Shown here piece after piece: positions 47,990 through 61,190 of a DNA stretch of 64,000 bases (its first letter is position 1; every line of letters starts with the position of its first letter). The position numbers were made by a program, and so were the translations under genes. The stretch comes from Hemiscyllium ocellatum (taxonomy: Eukaryota), in assembly GCF_020745735.1 (NCBI RefSeq), contig NC_083417.1:63550001-63614000 (forward strand). The letters are read 5' to 3'. The notes beneath the pieces were generated by a model. The model was given only the letters and a program-made list of their open reading frames with translations, was not told where the DNA came from and made no database searches.

Positions 47990-48720
47990 CATTTCTATGA
48001 ACTTTAACATCAGCTTCAGCCATTGGTCCTTTATCTATTTTACTGGTTACATCCTCAAAATTTGTTTAGCATGATTTGCCTTTTGAAAACTCATGCTGTC
48101 TTTCTCTAATCCTTAACACTTTCCAAATGTTCTGTTATCTTATCCTTTCTCATGAATTTGAGGATTTTTTGCCACTACTGATTTTAAGCTAATGGGTCTG
48201 TAAATCTTTTTTTTCTCTCTCTTCTTCCATTTTTAAATAGTGAGGTTACAATTCCAATTTCCAATTTGGAATTGTTCCACATCCACAGAATTTTGGAAGA
48301 TGACTACCAATGCGTCCAATATTCCCAAGGCAACTTTTTTTCATACTCTGGTATATATCAGGTAATTTGGAGAAAGTGAGGACTGCAGATGTTGGTGATC
48401 AGAGTCGAAAAATGTTGTACTGGAAAAGCCAGGAGCAGGAGAATCGTCGTTTCGAGCATAAGCTCTTCATCAGGCTCTTCCTGATGAATGGCACACTTTC
48501 GAGACATCGACTCTCCTGCTCCTTGGATGCTGCCTGACTTGCTGTGCTTTTCCAGCATCACATCTTTCGTTCCTGGTAATTTGTCAGTGTTTAACCCCAT
48601 TAATTTCCCCAGCACATTGTTTTACTCATGTTGAATTCCTTCAATTCTGCCCTCTCACTAAACCCTTGGTGACTTAAAAATTCTGGTGTGTTATTTGTGC
48701 TCCTTTTTGTGAAGACAGAA
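47990..48720 (-). mobile_element. Degraded CR1 fragment with inserted palindromic pLTR element
   Basis: LGKLMGLNTDKLPG (ORF 48358..48615) corresponds to the CR1 LxKLxxLKxDKSPGPD motif. Confidence 0.6.
48368..48570. mobile_element. Penelope pLTR-derived short palindromic element
   Basis: GGAGAAAGTGAGGACTGCAGATG head; inverted hammerhead-like cores around 48441-48505. Confidence 0.8.
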
Positions 48721-49095
48721 GCAAAGTCCCATGGTATCACACCATCTCCCTGGTCATACATGCATCCCTGGAACATCTTGATAACAAGGATACCCATGTC
48801 AGACTCCTACTTATTGATTACAGTTCCTCCATCAACAATTTCAAATAAACTCATCTTCAAAATCTGGGAACTAGGTCTTTGCTACCCCTTCTGTTACCGG
48901 ATTCTTGACTTTCTCACCAAATGACATCAGTCAATAGGATAGTCCTCAATATTGGTACCTCAAAATGCTGCGTACCCAGTCTCTTCTATGCTCCTTATAC
49001 ACACACAACTGTGTGGCCAAATTCCACACCAACCACACTTACAAGTTTACCAATGATACCACTGTTGAAGGTCAGATTTCAAACAATGACAAGAC
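48720..49095 (+). mobile_element. Rex1/Babar-like LINE RT fragment (left part)
   Basis: SLLCSLYTHNCVAKFHTNHTYKFTNDTTVEGQISNND, resembling LYTHDC..KFADDTTVVGxISNND. Confidence 0.7.
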
Positions 49096-50361
49096 TGTTG
49101 AGGAGAAGTATCTAAGAGGAGCCTCGAGTTCTGTGTTCAGTGGTCCAATTGATCTTTATTTCAACTCGTTACCACATGTGCCACAGGGATCAGAGACTGC
49201 TTCAAATCTGGCTTTCACAATTTCAGATCAAGTCAGAGGAGAGGTCAATGATAATCTGACTTCTCCAGTGGAATACAACATGTTTAATCCATTTCATGTT
49301 ACCATAATTATATGCAATATTCTCATTGTTCTTTCTCCTTTAACCTATACATCCAATCCTGTGAAATATCTGATCAATGGTCGATACCCACATGGACAAC
49401 TCTAGGTTATCTGTGATCTCAAGATGTTTGCCAGACATTGTTATCATCAGGCCTTCAGATCTTACAAAATACCCCATGAATTCACCTTCCAAATTTGATG
49501 GTTATACTCTTTTTCAGACATTTCCTAGATTTGCTTATTTCTAAGCAATGCTGAAATTCTGTTATTTGTTGGATTCATTGCTATACCTATGAAAATCTGT
49601 TACTCATTTTATATTTCCAACTGTCCTAATCACAGGAGATACAAAAGGATATTAATTCCTACTAATTCCAATGAGATTCACAATATGAGTTCTAATATGA
49701 AGTTAGTTATATATAAAGTTGTATTGTCACATCTATTTTTAGAATTGTTTAACTGACAAGTTTTCAGCAGCTTTTGTCCCACCTGACCTTGGAAAGTTGG
49801 GTAAACACTGCCCTTCTATCTTGCAGATGCACTGTAACTCATTCTAGTCGCATGCTATCTTTTAAGATGAAATTTACTGATTCTGTATGTTCTACACTAA
49901 CTGTTTTGCATAATAAGACAACATCTATTCCATTACTAAGACAAACGCAATAACTTTTCACAGTTTAATTAACTTGTTCAAGCTCATAGGTTTTTATAAG
50001 ACATAATCTTGTCATTCTTTTAATTTATAATTTGTTTCTGTTATTCTGTGATCATGATTTTTTTCTAATTGTTGATGAATTACAACTTTGGGCTGTCTAT
50101 TCTCAGAAGTCTCTTGTCAGACAGATTCTTACACACACCTGCAGCTGTTGTTTGTACAGAACTTCCTGCACATTTATTTGGATGATTCTTCATTTAAAAT
50201 AGACTCTATTACCTTGGGTTCCTCTTTCTCAAAGCTACCATTCTGCTTAACTTATGACCTCACCCTAATGCTGGGCCAGGCAATTATTTCTGTTATTGCA
50301 GCCACTTTTATGTCAATGAATGGCTACTTTGTGCTCCTCCTCACCATGGGCTGCCCCAGCA
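49096..50361. mobile_element. 1266-bp TG...CA insertion with 5-bp TSD (candidate solo LTR)
   Basis: AAGAC|TGTTG ... CAGCA|GAGAC; the host LINE reading frame resumes exactly after the insertion. Confidence 0.55.
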
Positions 50362-51150
50362 GAGACAAAGTACAGGAAGGAGATGGAATGCTCAACGGCA
50401 TGGTGCGAAGACAACAATCTCCCACCAATGACAGCAAAACAAAGGGCCTGGAATGGAGGCCACACTCCTGTCTGTGTCAATGGTGCTAAGATGGAGATGA
50501 TCGACAGCATCAAGTTCCTGGGAGTGACGATGACCAACAATCTGTCCTGGTCCACCCATGGTGACACTGTGGTCAAGAAAACACAGAATTGCCTCTACTT
50601 CCTCCAGGGGCTAAGAAAATTTGGCATGTCCAATAAAACACTTACTTTTTTTTAGATGCACTATGCAAAGTACCTTATCTGGATGATCACAGCATGGTAT
50701 GGCAACTGCTCTTTGCAAGACCGGTAGAAACTAGGAGGAGTTGTGAACATAGCCCAGTCCATCATGCAAACCTGCCTCCTATCGAATGACTTCATCTATA
50801 CTTCATGCTGCACCAGGAAAGCAACCAACATAATCAAAACTCCACCTATGCTGGTTATACTCTGTTCCACCCTCTTCCATCAAGCAGAAGATACCAAAGT
50901 TTATGTAAACTTTGTGTACATGTATAAGCAGATTTACAAACGGCTTCTTCCCTGCTGTTACCAGACTTTTGAGTGGACCTCTTTAATGTTAACATTTATC
51001 TCTCTCTTTTCACCTTACTGGCAACTGTAATGTTGTGTCCTGCATTCCGTTCTGTAACCCTGATGTTCTTGTATAGTATGATGTGCCTGTAAAGTCCATA
51101 AACAACACTTTTCACTGTAAATCAGTACATGTGACAGTAATGAATCAAAT
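50362..51150 (+). mobile_element. Rex1/Babar-like LINE RT fragment (right part, to 3' end)
   Basis: ETKYRKEMECSTAWCEDNNL..IDSIKFLGVTMTNNLSWSTH..VKKTQNCLYFLQGLRKFGM; (AATCA)n tail near 51145. Confidence 0.8.
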
Positions 51151-51419
51151 CAAATCAAACCTTCAGATAAAACAAGGGCAAAGAAGCCTCTAAACCCATA
51201 TCCCCTGCTTATATCCCCATCCTCATTCCCACTTCTTTGTCTGATATATCTCTGCCTCTTAAAGATGAACAGCAGTTGGAGAAAGCAATGACTGTGATAA
51301 TACGCAAGAGTTTACTCAGCTTGGGGGACTTCAACATTGACCACCAAGGTTGACTCAGTGGCACCACTACTGCTTGGCAGTGAGGAGGTGAGTTACCCGC
51401 TGCAAGATTCCTAGCCGTT

Positions 51420-53170
51420 GGCATGCTGGTTTATAATGTGGGAAAATGTGAGTTTATGCATTTTGGAAGGAAGAACTGAAGGGCTGAATATTATTTAAAT
51501 GAAAAAAGATTGCATAAAGGTATAGCATTGAAGGATGTCCAAATGATTGTGCATAAATCACAATAAGCTAGCATACACATTCAGTAGATGATAGGGAAGG
51601 CAAATGGGTTGATGGATTTCCTTCTAATAGGAATGGAGCATAAAAATAGGGACAGCTCACTCTAACAATACACGGCACCAGTTGCACCATACCTAGAATA
51701 GTGTGAACAGGTTTGCCTGAATAAACTTATCTGAAAACGATACACTAGCATTGGAGGTAGTTCAGTTAATGTTCTGTAGGTTGGAATCCTGAATATAGAG
51801 GTATTGTCTTACGAAGAGAGGTTGAGCAGGTTGGGTTGTAATCATTGGCGTTTAATAGAATGAGAGGCATCTTATTGATACCTTGCAAGTTGATAGGACA
51901 TTTGCAGAAAAGTTGTCTCCAATCACAAGAGATTGTAAGATCACAATCTATTCTGACCTCAGAGTAATGGGTTGTCCATTTAAGATAGAGATGAGGAGGA
52001 TTTTTTCTTTCTCTCAGAGGATAGTGGATCCATGAAATTGTTTATTGGAGAGGAGTGCAGATGCTGGATTTCAAATCAGTAAAAGAATCAAGTGTTATGG
52101 CAAAAAGGTAGGAAAATGAAATTGAGGATGATCAGATAATCTCTTCTGAATGGTGGAGCCATTTATTGGTGGGCTGAATAACTTACATCTGCTCCCATCT
52201 GTTAACTTCTATGGTGTTATGAAACAATGATAACTGAACCGATTAAAGTAATTGTAGTGCTGACCGAGAAGTTCAGTAAGCTCGAAAAGGAATTGGAATA
52301 TGTGGGAGTAATTAAATGGAGGAAATTGTAAAAGATTCAATTTCCAATTTTCTCATTTCCAATTGCCTGAACTCAAGTCAAGGTTCACTGATACATCTGA
52401 TGTATTGCCTGTGCAAATTAGCCCCTCTATTTTCATTAAACTCAACAGTTTCATGATTAAATAAATTGTCTGCCTTCTTAGCTTGCTGTGGCAACTTTAT
52501 TTATTGGTCAACCTTTCTGGCCAACTGTTAGTTTGGCTTTAGTCATACCTTGCAACTGAACCAGGGAAAATTCTAACACATTCAAAATCTCTTCAACAGT
52601 TTGCAGTGCCATTTTAAGTCTAAGTAGAAACCTAATGTCACGTTAACCAAATAACCTTGCCTATGTACCAAAATCCAATTCCAGATCTACATTGTCTGCA
52701 TGTCAATATCCAGGATTCAAACCCTCAGCTATGTTATTCAGATTGAGTGCAATCATTCTTCATCTCTCTGTTTATTAGGACAACAGCTTGAGCAGATTTA
52801 GCCTATCGTCCCAAGAATTTAGAAGAATAGGATGTAATCTTATTGAAACATAAGTAGGTCTGATAGAGGAACTGTAGTGAAAATGCTTTCTCTGGCTAGA
52901 ATAACACCATAGACACAGAGAAAGAAGTTAGTCATTAAAGACAAAGCAAAGCGGGCTTCTTTATTTAAATGATTCAGAATCTTTACGTTTTTTGACCTCA
53001 ATGGCCTGTGGATGCTCAGTTGGCAAGTATTTATAAGAGAAATGGATAGACTTTTGGTTATTAAGGAAATTAGGAGATTGAGGGATTATGGGTAAAATTC
53101 AGGAAGGTGAAGTTAAGGGAGAAGGTCAGTTATATTTGTGTTGAATATCGAAACAGTGTTGAATGGTCTT
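51420..53170 (+). mobile_element. Two degraded CR1 3' fragments (51420-52210 and 52790-53170)
   Basis: FNVGKCEFMHFG and YEERLSRLG remnants plus CR1 3' UTRs. Confidence 0.6.
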
Positions 53171-53941
53171 GCTTCTTACATTCTCCAATAATCTAATATG
53201 GTTCAATGCTTCAAATACTTATGTACCAGTTCAGACTAGTTGACATATATTTATACATTTTCTCCTTTCTCTGACTCCCATTTATAAACTTTTCTGTGCC
53301 TTAACTTTCAGTCATGAGAAGTTCAACATTCATTTTGAGAATGTGATTTTAAAATCTTGATTTGACTGTATGTTTCTCTTCATCAATGATTGATTTGCTA
53401 TATGTTTTCATTTTTAGTCTGCCTCAAATTTGCAGTATGTTCCTCTTAGTGTCTGACATAAGCAAGGAATGGTAAGCAAACACTGAACTAGTGAATATAT
53501 GTCATGATGTTTCAACCCAGTGGATGAGGATTCCCATGTTTGTGTAGCCTATAATTTAAATACAAAAAACAGAAGCCATAGCACTGCTAAGGACTTGAAC
53601 ACACAAAGGGTGGAACCTTGTTTTGATTTGATACTAAGTGTACAGGTGAGCCTAAAAGCAAGAAGTATTTCCACGTTGAGGAGAGTTGTGTTTTATTAAG
53701 TGATTATATTTTTCTCAGCTTTATGCATATGTGTTTGCGTGTGAAACAATGAATTTTAATGGGCAGGTAGGAAGACAGGTGTTTCTGTCCACCACTGGGA
53801 CCTATCAGATATTAAATTGTTGGCGTTATATTTAAAAGGCATGCAGACAGCAATACACTTTCTTCAGCTCAAGTGCATCATTCAGTTACAGCTCATCACA
53901 CTTACCCACCCTTGAAGATGTCAGAAACCCTGCAATAAGGA

Positions 53942-54129
53942 GTGCCATGGTTCAGCTCTGCTTCCTCAGGGCTGTCGAGAAGTCAGTGGAAGTCTTTTTC
54001 CTTAGGGATAGCAATGAGAGGCCATCCTTACTGGCAAAGACAGCCTGAACAGAGTTGGCTGCAGAGCTTGGCAGCCAGGTGTGGCTTAGGAGAACCTTGC
54101 TCCACTGCCACAAGAGGGTGAACGATCTG
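53942..54129 (+). mobile_element. Myb/SANT-like DNA-binding ORF relic of a Harbinger-type transposon
   Basis: VPWFSSAS, then a frameshift, then AVEKSVEVFFLRDSNERPSLLAKTA*TELAAELGS..RRTLLHCHKRVNDL. This fits the PRFS...AW.E.A..V....RRT..QC.KR.NDL pattern. Confidence 0.65.
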
Positions 54130-54651
54130 CTGCTCCCAACTAATTCTTCTCACCCTTTTGAGTGAGCTAGCATTGTTGTCATTCATAACACTTGGTGCCT
54201 CACATGTAATCAATGTCTGTCTCTTCATTGAGCTACCAATGTGATACTACTTGCATTGCAGTGCTGCTTGCCTGTCAGTTCAGCCATCATACATAAATGG
54301 AGCTAAGCGCAACATTCAGCAGCTTACACATACATACATACACACACTAACTCACTGACCTTTCATTACATATAAGAGCATGTGTATATCAGATAGCTTT
54401 TCACCACAGGCATGCGTGGGATAAGGACACTATCACAGAATTTGGCTTCAGGATGAATATTTCACAGGTATGTCAGGTGTACACATCATATCATGCTTTC
54501 CTGATGCGCAAAACCATTAGCCCCTTTATTATGTTTAATCATCCTTCAATTAGAAGTCTTTAATTTCTCAACTTCCCCTCACTCTACTGACCTTATGAGT
54601 GACACATACAGCTCGTGATTGGCATTTCTATCTATCTATTGGTGCAGATAC

Positions 54652-54680
54652 AGAATAGAATAGAATAGAATAGAATAGAA
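54652..54680. repeat. (AGAAT)n pentanucleotide repeat, probably a retroelement tail
   Basis: About six AGAAT units followed by AAATTTATTGTCAC. Confidence 0.85.
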
Positions 54681-55626
54681 ATTTATTGTCACATATACTT
54701 TTAAATGAAAAATACTGAGAAAAGTTTTATAAATTACCCTACTATTGCAGCTAAGTATGGTGATCATGTACGAATACTGAAGTCTATTGATGCTTCTTTC
54801 CTTCTGCAAAGAAGGAGATCATGAATAAGCCACAGAAAACAAGCACAGATTTTTGGGATGGTGGTCTGGGAATCCCTCACATAAGGGCCCTCACCCTCTG
54901 GAAAAGCAAACCACAAAACTGGCAGGAGAACAAGGGGAATGTGACCATTGATGATGAGATTAGACATCTACAGCCATCCAATAAGAAAAGCTCAAAACAG
55001 CTGCTGCCCTGCAGCACATTATGCAACAAAGTCTCAAGGAAAATTGGAGGAAATTGGTGGATCCTGATGTTAACAAATATTTATATTTTTCTATGTAGCC
55101 TCCAAATCCAATTCCTAAGTCAAGACCTTAACAAAAAAATGTCCAGCCTCCAGGCCGATCTCTACCAGCACCCCTGACAAGGAATGTGAGATTCATTAAG
55201 GCCTTCCACAAACTAGCCAGTCCACATGCCGTATCCTCGGCTGCCCTCACCACTCCCCACCCCCGCCCCACCCCCACCACCACTACCTTTAATCTTCGTG
55301 GACAGTCTATTTACAATAAGCTCCGGTTCACGTTGTATTGAACACACTACTGAAGCAGACTCGCACTCAAAGACAAAGGACATTTGAAGATTGATAGTTA
55401 CTCAGTCGTGGCTGAGCTCAGTGTCTTAATAGGCCTCTGGACACAGCCATAAAATAACTGATGGAGATCACAGACCTTCAGGGGAATGTCTGGCAGAGGT
55501 GCCAAAGAACTGTACAGGATTGAGAGTGTGAAAAATGACCTTCCCAAATTGTGTCTACTATCGTGGTTCTGGAATGCAAGTGCATGGCTAGTGGCATCTG
55601 AAATATTTCCTCAGAGACCGGTATCC

Positions 55627-55837
55627 TGTCACGAAGTCATCCTTTATTTGCATATGGACAGGTCTTGACACTGATCCAGCTCCCTCAGAGTCATCTGTCA
55701 GGGTGAACAGAATCTCTGACACTCCAGTTTATATCTGTCAGTCAGGGGTCCTAGATTGGACCAAATTACCAACCAGATTAACAGACCCAATCAGGCAATT
55801 CATATTTTCTAGCATCTACCTGGCTGACCTTGTTACA
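55627..55837 (-). mobile_element. Short Gypsy-type solo LTR (211 bp)
   Basis: On the minus strand TGTAACAAG...GATATAAA (TATA)...AATAAA...CGTGACA; TSD not preserved. Confidence 0.65.
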
Positions 55838-55904
55838 ATTACTAAATCATCCATTACGCAGAGCTAGTTCCATCAGAACAATCAATTTTATAAACTCTCA
55901 TGCA

Positions 55905-56995
55905 ACGTAGGCATGGCTGTCTAGGGCAAAGATTTATTACTAATCTCTAGTCACCCTTGGAAGGTGGTGATGAGCTTTTTTCTTGAGGTGTCCAATTCAT
56001 TTGATGTAGGTAGGCCTCAGTGGCATTCAGGAAGAATTTCCAGCATCTTGACCGATGAGCGATGATTCTTTCCAAGTCCAGATGGTGAGTGGTTTGGAAG
56101 GAAGGTGATGGCGTTCACATTAATTTGCCATTTTTTTTTACATGGTAGTGGTCACGGATTCGGAAGGTGTTTTCTATGGAGCCTTGGTGGATTTCTGCAA
56201 TTAATGTTACAGATGGTACACACTGCTGTGACTGAACATCTTACTGGAGGGAAAAAAATGTTTGTGGATTTGATGCCAATCAATGAATCAACTTTGATCC
56301 ACATGGCATCAAGCTTCTTGAGTGCTGTTGGAGCTGCACTCACCTAGGCAAGAATGGAGTATTCCATCACATTCCTGGCCAGTGGTCCCTCCTGTGCATA
56401 TACACAGCTGCTCCAATGTTCCATGCATGGCTATTGTCATCAGCACATTGATCATGGCATTGCATTCTGGTTCTGGAATTTGTTGCTGTGCACAGGTCTT
56501 GGAGGCTCGTGCAGCTTAAAGGAAAATTATAGGAAATGCTGCTCCTGACATTGGACTAGTAATATTTGGGGATTCAGGAAGCAATAAACATAGTGCAGGC
56601 TTCCTCATCTTTGACCTGCTTTGATAGCTAAGATATTCATATAGCTTGTAGAGTTCAGTTTCTGATCATTGATAACCAGGATGGTGATAGTTGGGGATTT
56701 GTTGACTGGGATTTTTTGATAGCAATGCCATCGAATATCAAGGTACGATGTTTAGATTCTCCTCTAAGCTTGGCACATTTGTGACACCAATATCACTTAC
56801 CAAATCTCACCACAAACTGGATATTATCCAGATCATGCTGCATTTGAGTCATGGGCTGCTTCAGTATCTGAGGAAATGCGAATGGTGCTGAACACTGCAC
56901 AATCAATGAACTATCAGACTTCCAACCTTATGATGGAAGAAAAGTTATTTATCAAGCATCTGATAAGGGTTAGATCTCGGACACGACTCTCTCTT
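55905..56995 (-). mobile_element. LINE fragment (CR1/L2-clade family)
   Basis: Homologous to 16045-16700; reverse-complement 3' end at 55905-55990; KLDAMWIKVDSLIG remnant. Confidence 0.6.
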
Positions 56996-57574
56996 CAATG
57001 CCACTTTGCCGGGAGTTCCAGAATTTTGATTCATAGTTGATGAAGGCAATTTGTTATATGTCCAGCTCAGACATAGTATGTGACTTTGATAGAAACTTGG
57101 ATGTCTCAAAATTTCTTTTTAAGATTGTGAATTTTCAGTTTCTGGACTTTGTTGAAGAATCTTTGGAGCGTTGCTGCTGCGAGTTCTAAGGCAATACGTA
57201 CCGCATCCCTGACACACAATGCAGAAAAATAAGTATGTCATGAATATGTTCAATTTCAAGAAAATAGTTGCCTCTTGGACAGTTCCTGGTTTTTAAGTAA
57301 TTGTTGCAGTTGCTCCTTTTCATAGATAAAATACATTTTCTATGAAACGCCTCGTCTATATCTTGCCAGTTGTTCAGGAGCTTGGAGGAGTTATGAGATG
57401 AGCTCACTGTTACAAATAACTCAGTTCTGATGTGCTCTAGTGGTCAGAGCCATGATAGCTGTTGCAGTACAGCTTCTGATCTCTGTATAATTGGACAGCA
57501 GGATTGAAGCAGCTGAAGTGCTGCCACTTTGCCACCAAGTCTTGGCATGCAGGCCAGGCATATACACCAGTCTG

Positions 57575-58760
57575 TCATAGAGTCATAGAGATGGACAGTA
57601 TGGAATGGATGCTTCCGTGCAACTCATCCATATTGACCATATATCCTCAACTAATCCAATTCCATTTGCCACCTTTTTGTCCCAAATCCCTCTAAACCCT
57701 TTCTATTCATGTACTGTCATATTTGCACCAGCATCCACCATTTCCTCTGGCAGCTCATTCCATACAAAGAACAACCTTTGCGTGAAAAGATTGCTCCTTG
57801 GATCCCTTTTAGAACAGACCCCTCTCACCTTAAACCTATGCCCCCTAGGTTTTGACTTCCCTACTCTGGGGAAAAGACCTTGGCTATTCACCCTATCCAT
57901 GCCCCTCATGATTTTATAAACCTCTATAAGGTTATCCCTTAGTATTGGATGCTCCAGCGAAAACAGTCCCAGCCTATTCAACCTTTCCTCATAGCTCAAA
58001 TCCTCCAATGCTAACAACATCCTTGTAAATCTTTTCTGAACACTTTCAAGTTTCAAAAGTTATTTCCCATATCAGAGAGATCTGAACTGAATACAATATT
58101 CCAAAAGTGGCCTAACCAATGTCTGTATAACCACAAAATGACCTTCCTAATCCTATTCTCAATGAATTTACCAATAAAGGCAAATATACGAAACTCCTCC
58201 TTCACTATCCTATCTATCTGTGACTCCACTGTCAAGGAGCTACGAACCTGCACCCAAGGCCTCTTTGTTCAGCAACACTCCCCCGGAGCCTACCATCAAG
58301 TACAGAAGTCCTGTCCTGATTTGTCTGTCCAAAATGCAGCACCTCACGTTTATCTAAATTATATACCATCTGCCACTCCTCAGCCCATTTGCCCATCTGA
58401 TCAAAGTTCTGCTGTATTCTGAGGTAACATTCTTCACTGTCCAATAAACACTAATTTTTGTGTCATCTGCAAACTTATTAACCATACCGCCGACAAATCA
58501 TTTACACGAATGACAAAAAACAGTTGACACAGTACTGTTCTTTGTGGCATGCCAGTGGTAACAAGTCTCTAATCCAAAAGGCAACCCACCACCATTCTCT
58601 GTTCCTACCTTCAAGCCAATTTTGTATACAATTGGCTGTCCCCGGATTCCATGCGATTGAGCCATGTGGAAGTCTACTATGTAGAACCTTGTCAGATGCC
58701 TTGTGCTCACTGTTCTGCCTTCATCAATCTTCTTCATCGTTTCTTACAAAAACTCAGTTG
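57575..58760 (-). mobile_element. CR1/HER1 LINE 3' portion
   Basis: KLESVQKRFTRML..LSYEERLNRLGLFSLE and WQMVYNLDKREVLHFG motifs. Confidence 0.88.
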
Positions 58761-59449
58761 ATCAGAAGACTAATAGGTATGGGAAGTGATATAAGGTTGG
58801 AGGAGTTTGGAAATGTACAGAGAATGATTTTATTGAGCAGTTTGAACATTACAGCAAGGGTTTAATATCAGTGTTTTGAGAACATGAGTTGGTGCCTTTT
58901 CCCCCAACTTTCTTATTTTATTTCCCAATGAGAATGGGGAGTAGATGAGGTTAGGAGGGAAGGATGAACAGGGCTTAGTGTAGAATATGGAAAAGTAGCT
59001 GAGTTTTAACAATGGAGAGTTTATGGCATAATAAAAGGAGGACCCTGCGGAGAAAGATGGTTGTGATTTTAATACAAGAATTGATTCTGGGAGTAGTGTG
59101 GCAGAAGAGATATTAGCTCCTGTGGGAGAAGTCAAAATTCGTGGTAATATCACAGTTGGAGCTGTATCTGCATGAAATAAAATATTCAATTTTTGCAGAT
59201 TTTGTTTGACCTGAATATTTGTCAAGGGAGCAGCTAATATGTGACAATTATTGTTACTTCCTCATTAGGGTTGAGTTTTCCAGTTCAACTAGAGGAATTA
59301 TTGCCAGAATTGTGATGTTCATCAAGCATTTTGAGAGTGTACATGTAGTCATGAGTTCAGGGAAGGTGATGGGGAAGTGTCATCAGCTTATTAATGGATT
59401 CTGACCATTATAAATTGGACTGATTATAATGTAGAGGGGAAAGCTTTTG

Positions 59450-59720
59450 AAGGGACCTACGGGGCAACGTTTTCATGCAGAGAGCGGTGCATGTATGGAA
59501 GGAGCTGCTATAGGAAGTGGTGGAGGCTGGTATAATTGCAACATTTAAAAGGCATCTGGATGGGTATATGAATAGGAAGGGTTTAGAGGGATATGGGGCA
59601 AATTCTGGCAAACGGGAACAGATTAATTTAGGATATATAGTCAGCATGGATGAGTTGGACCAAAAGGCACATTCTTTTCAGTGTCCTGGGTCCAGAAATC
59701 TTTAGCTGCTTCATCAATGA
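59450..59720 (+). mobile_element. CR1 3' end plus RT sliver
   Basis: MVEAGIIATFKRHLDGYMNRKGLEGYG and SVLGPEIFSCFIND. Confidence 0.75.
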
Positions 59721-60259
59721 CTCTGAGCCAAAGATGTGTAATCCTCAGTTAAGTTACAGAAGGCTGCTGTCAGTCAAGAGTCCTGGTACAGTCTGTCAAG
59801 ATCACTTGCAGTCAGGGACTCAGGAGGTTCCTCTCATTGCAGTCCAGGTACAGTGGAAGCAGGAGATTGTCAGCTGGAGAGGAGTAGAGAGTTGTCAGTG
59901 GTGAAAGGCTATCACAGAAATGTTTCCCGCTCAACTTAAACTGTAAGTATGCAACATGCTCTTATATGCAATGTTTTCTTTTGTGGATTATATGGATCTG
60001 GGGAGAAGAGATCAGTATTCATGCAGCACTTACAACCTTCTACTGACTCTTTGTGGCATGACTGGTACTGCACTGATTAGATTAAGGTGCAATCTCTAAG
60101 TTCAAAACAACAAATGCTGCAGGTCACAGCAGGTCAGACAGAATATTTGAAGAGAGAGCAAGCTAACGTTCTGGCTTCACCAGAACATTATTTTGAGCTT
60201 TCTCCCCATAGCCTTTCACCCCTTTTACCTTAGAGCTGTATTTAACTTTTTTTGTAAAC

Positions 60260-61190
60260 ATTCAAGATTTTAGTCTCAACTGCTTCCTGTGGCAGAGAAT
60301 TTCACAAGCTCATCACTCCTTGGGTGAATAAATTTCCATCTCAGTACTATACAGCCTGTCCATATCCTTCAGCTGTGATCCTGGTTCTGAACTCCCTAGT
60401 CATGGGGAATGTACTTCCTGCATATATTCTGTCTAGTCCTATTAGCATGTTATAGACTTCAATGAGAGATCCCTTCCTCATGTTTCTAAATGTTGGTGTA
60501 AATAGTCCTCACCAATCAAATCTGTCATCAAACATTAGCCTTACTATCTTAGGGATAGCTGCACTGCAGACACTCTTATCCCTTACCCTTCCCACAAAAG
60601 AGAAGATCGTTCCTTGGACAAAGAGACCAGAACTGCTCATAACTCACGAGTTATGGCTTCTCCAAGGTCTTGTACAATTAAGTGAAGGCATCCTGTTCCT
60701 GTGTTCATATCCTCTTGCTGTGAAGGCAAACATATCATTTGCTTTTTTCACTGCCTGCTGCACCTGAAAGCTTATTTTCAGTGACTAGTGTACTAAGGCA
60801 CCCCAGTCTCATTGCACTCCCCACTTTCCCAATCTATAGCCACTAAGATACTAACCTAGTTTCCTGTTTTTGCTATCAAAGTGGGTAACCTCATATTTAT
60901 CCACATTATACTTCATCTGCCATGTATTTGCTCACTCATTCATCTTGCTCAAAACACACTGAATCACCCCAGCATCATCACCACAGTTCACCCTCCCACC
61001 CAGCTTTATAAGTAAAATGGAGGGTCCAAACATTGATACTTGCTTCACTCAACTCGTCAGTGGCTGCCATTTGGAAGATCCATTTGTTATAATATTTGTG
61101 TCCTATCAGCCAAACAGTTTTCCATCCAATTTGCTTTGAACTTAGGTGCAAGTTTCTGATAGGAGATTTCATCAAAAGCCTTCTGAAAAT
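60260..61190 (-). mobile_element. Degraded CR1 LINE
   Basis: YFQKAFDEISYQKL..KFKANWMENCLADRTQ (DFQKAFDKVPH motif). Confidence 0.7.

Noticed and set aside
48965-49405. 146-aa ORF
   Set aside because: A chimera of a LINE RT fragment and the start of the TG...CA insertion.
53600-53650. Leader-like sequence ending in TACAG|GTGAGC, a possible exon 1 of the second IgSF locus
   Set aside because: Needs two frameshifts, has no ATG, and no V exon follows the next acceptor; too weak to call.
58830-59225. 131-aa minus-strand ORF
   Set aside because: Low-complexity Ser/Leu-rich translation with no assignable domain; probably old retroelement debris.
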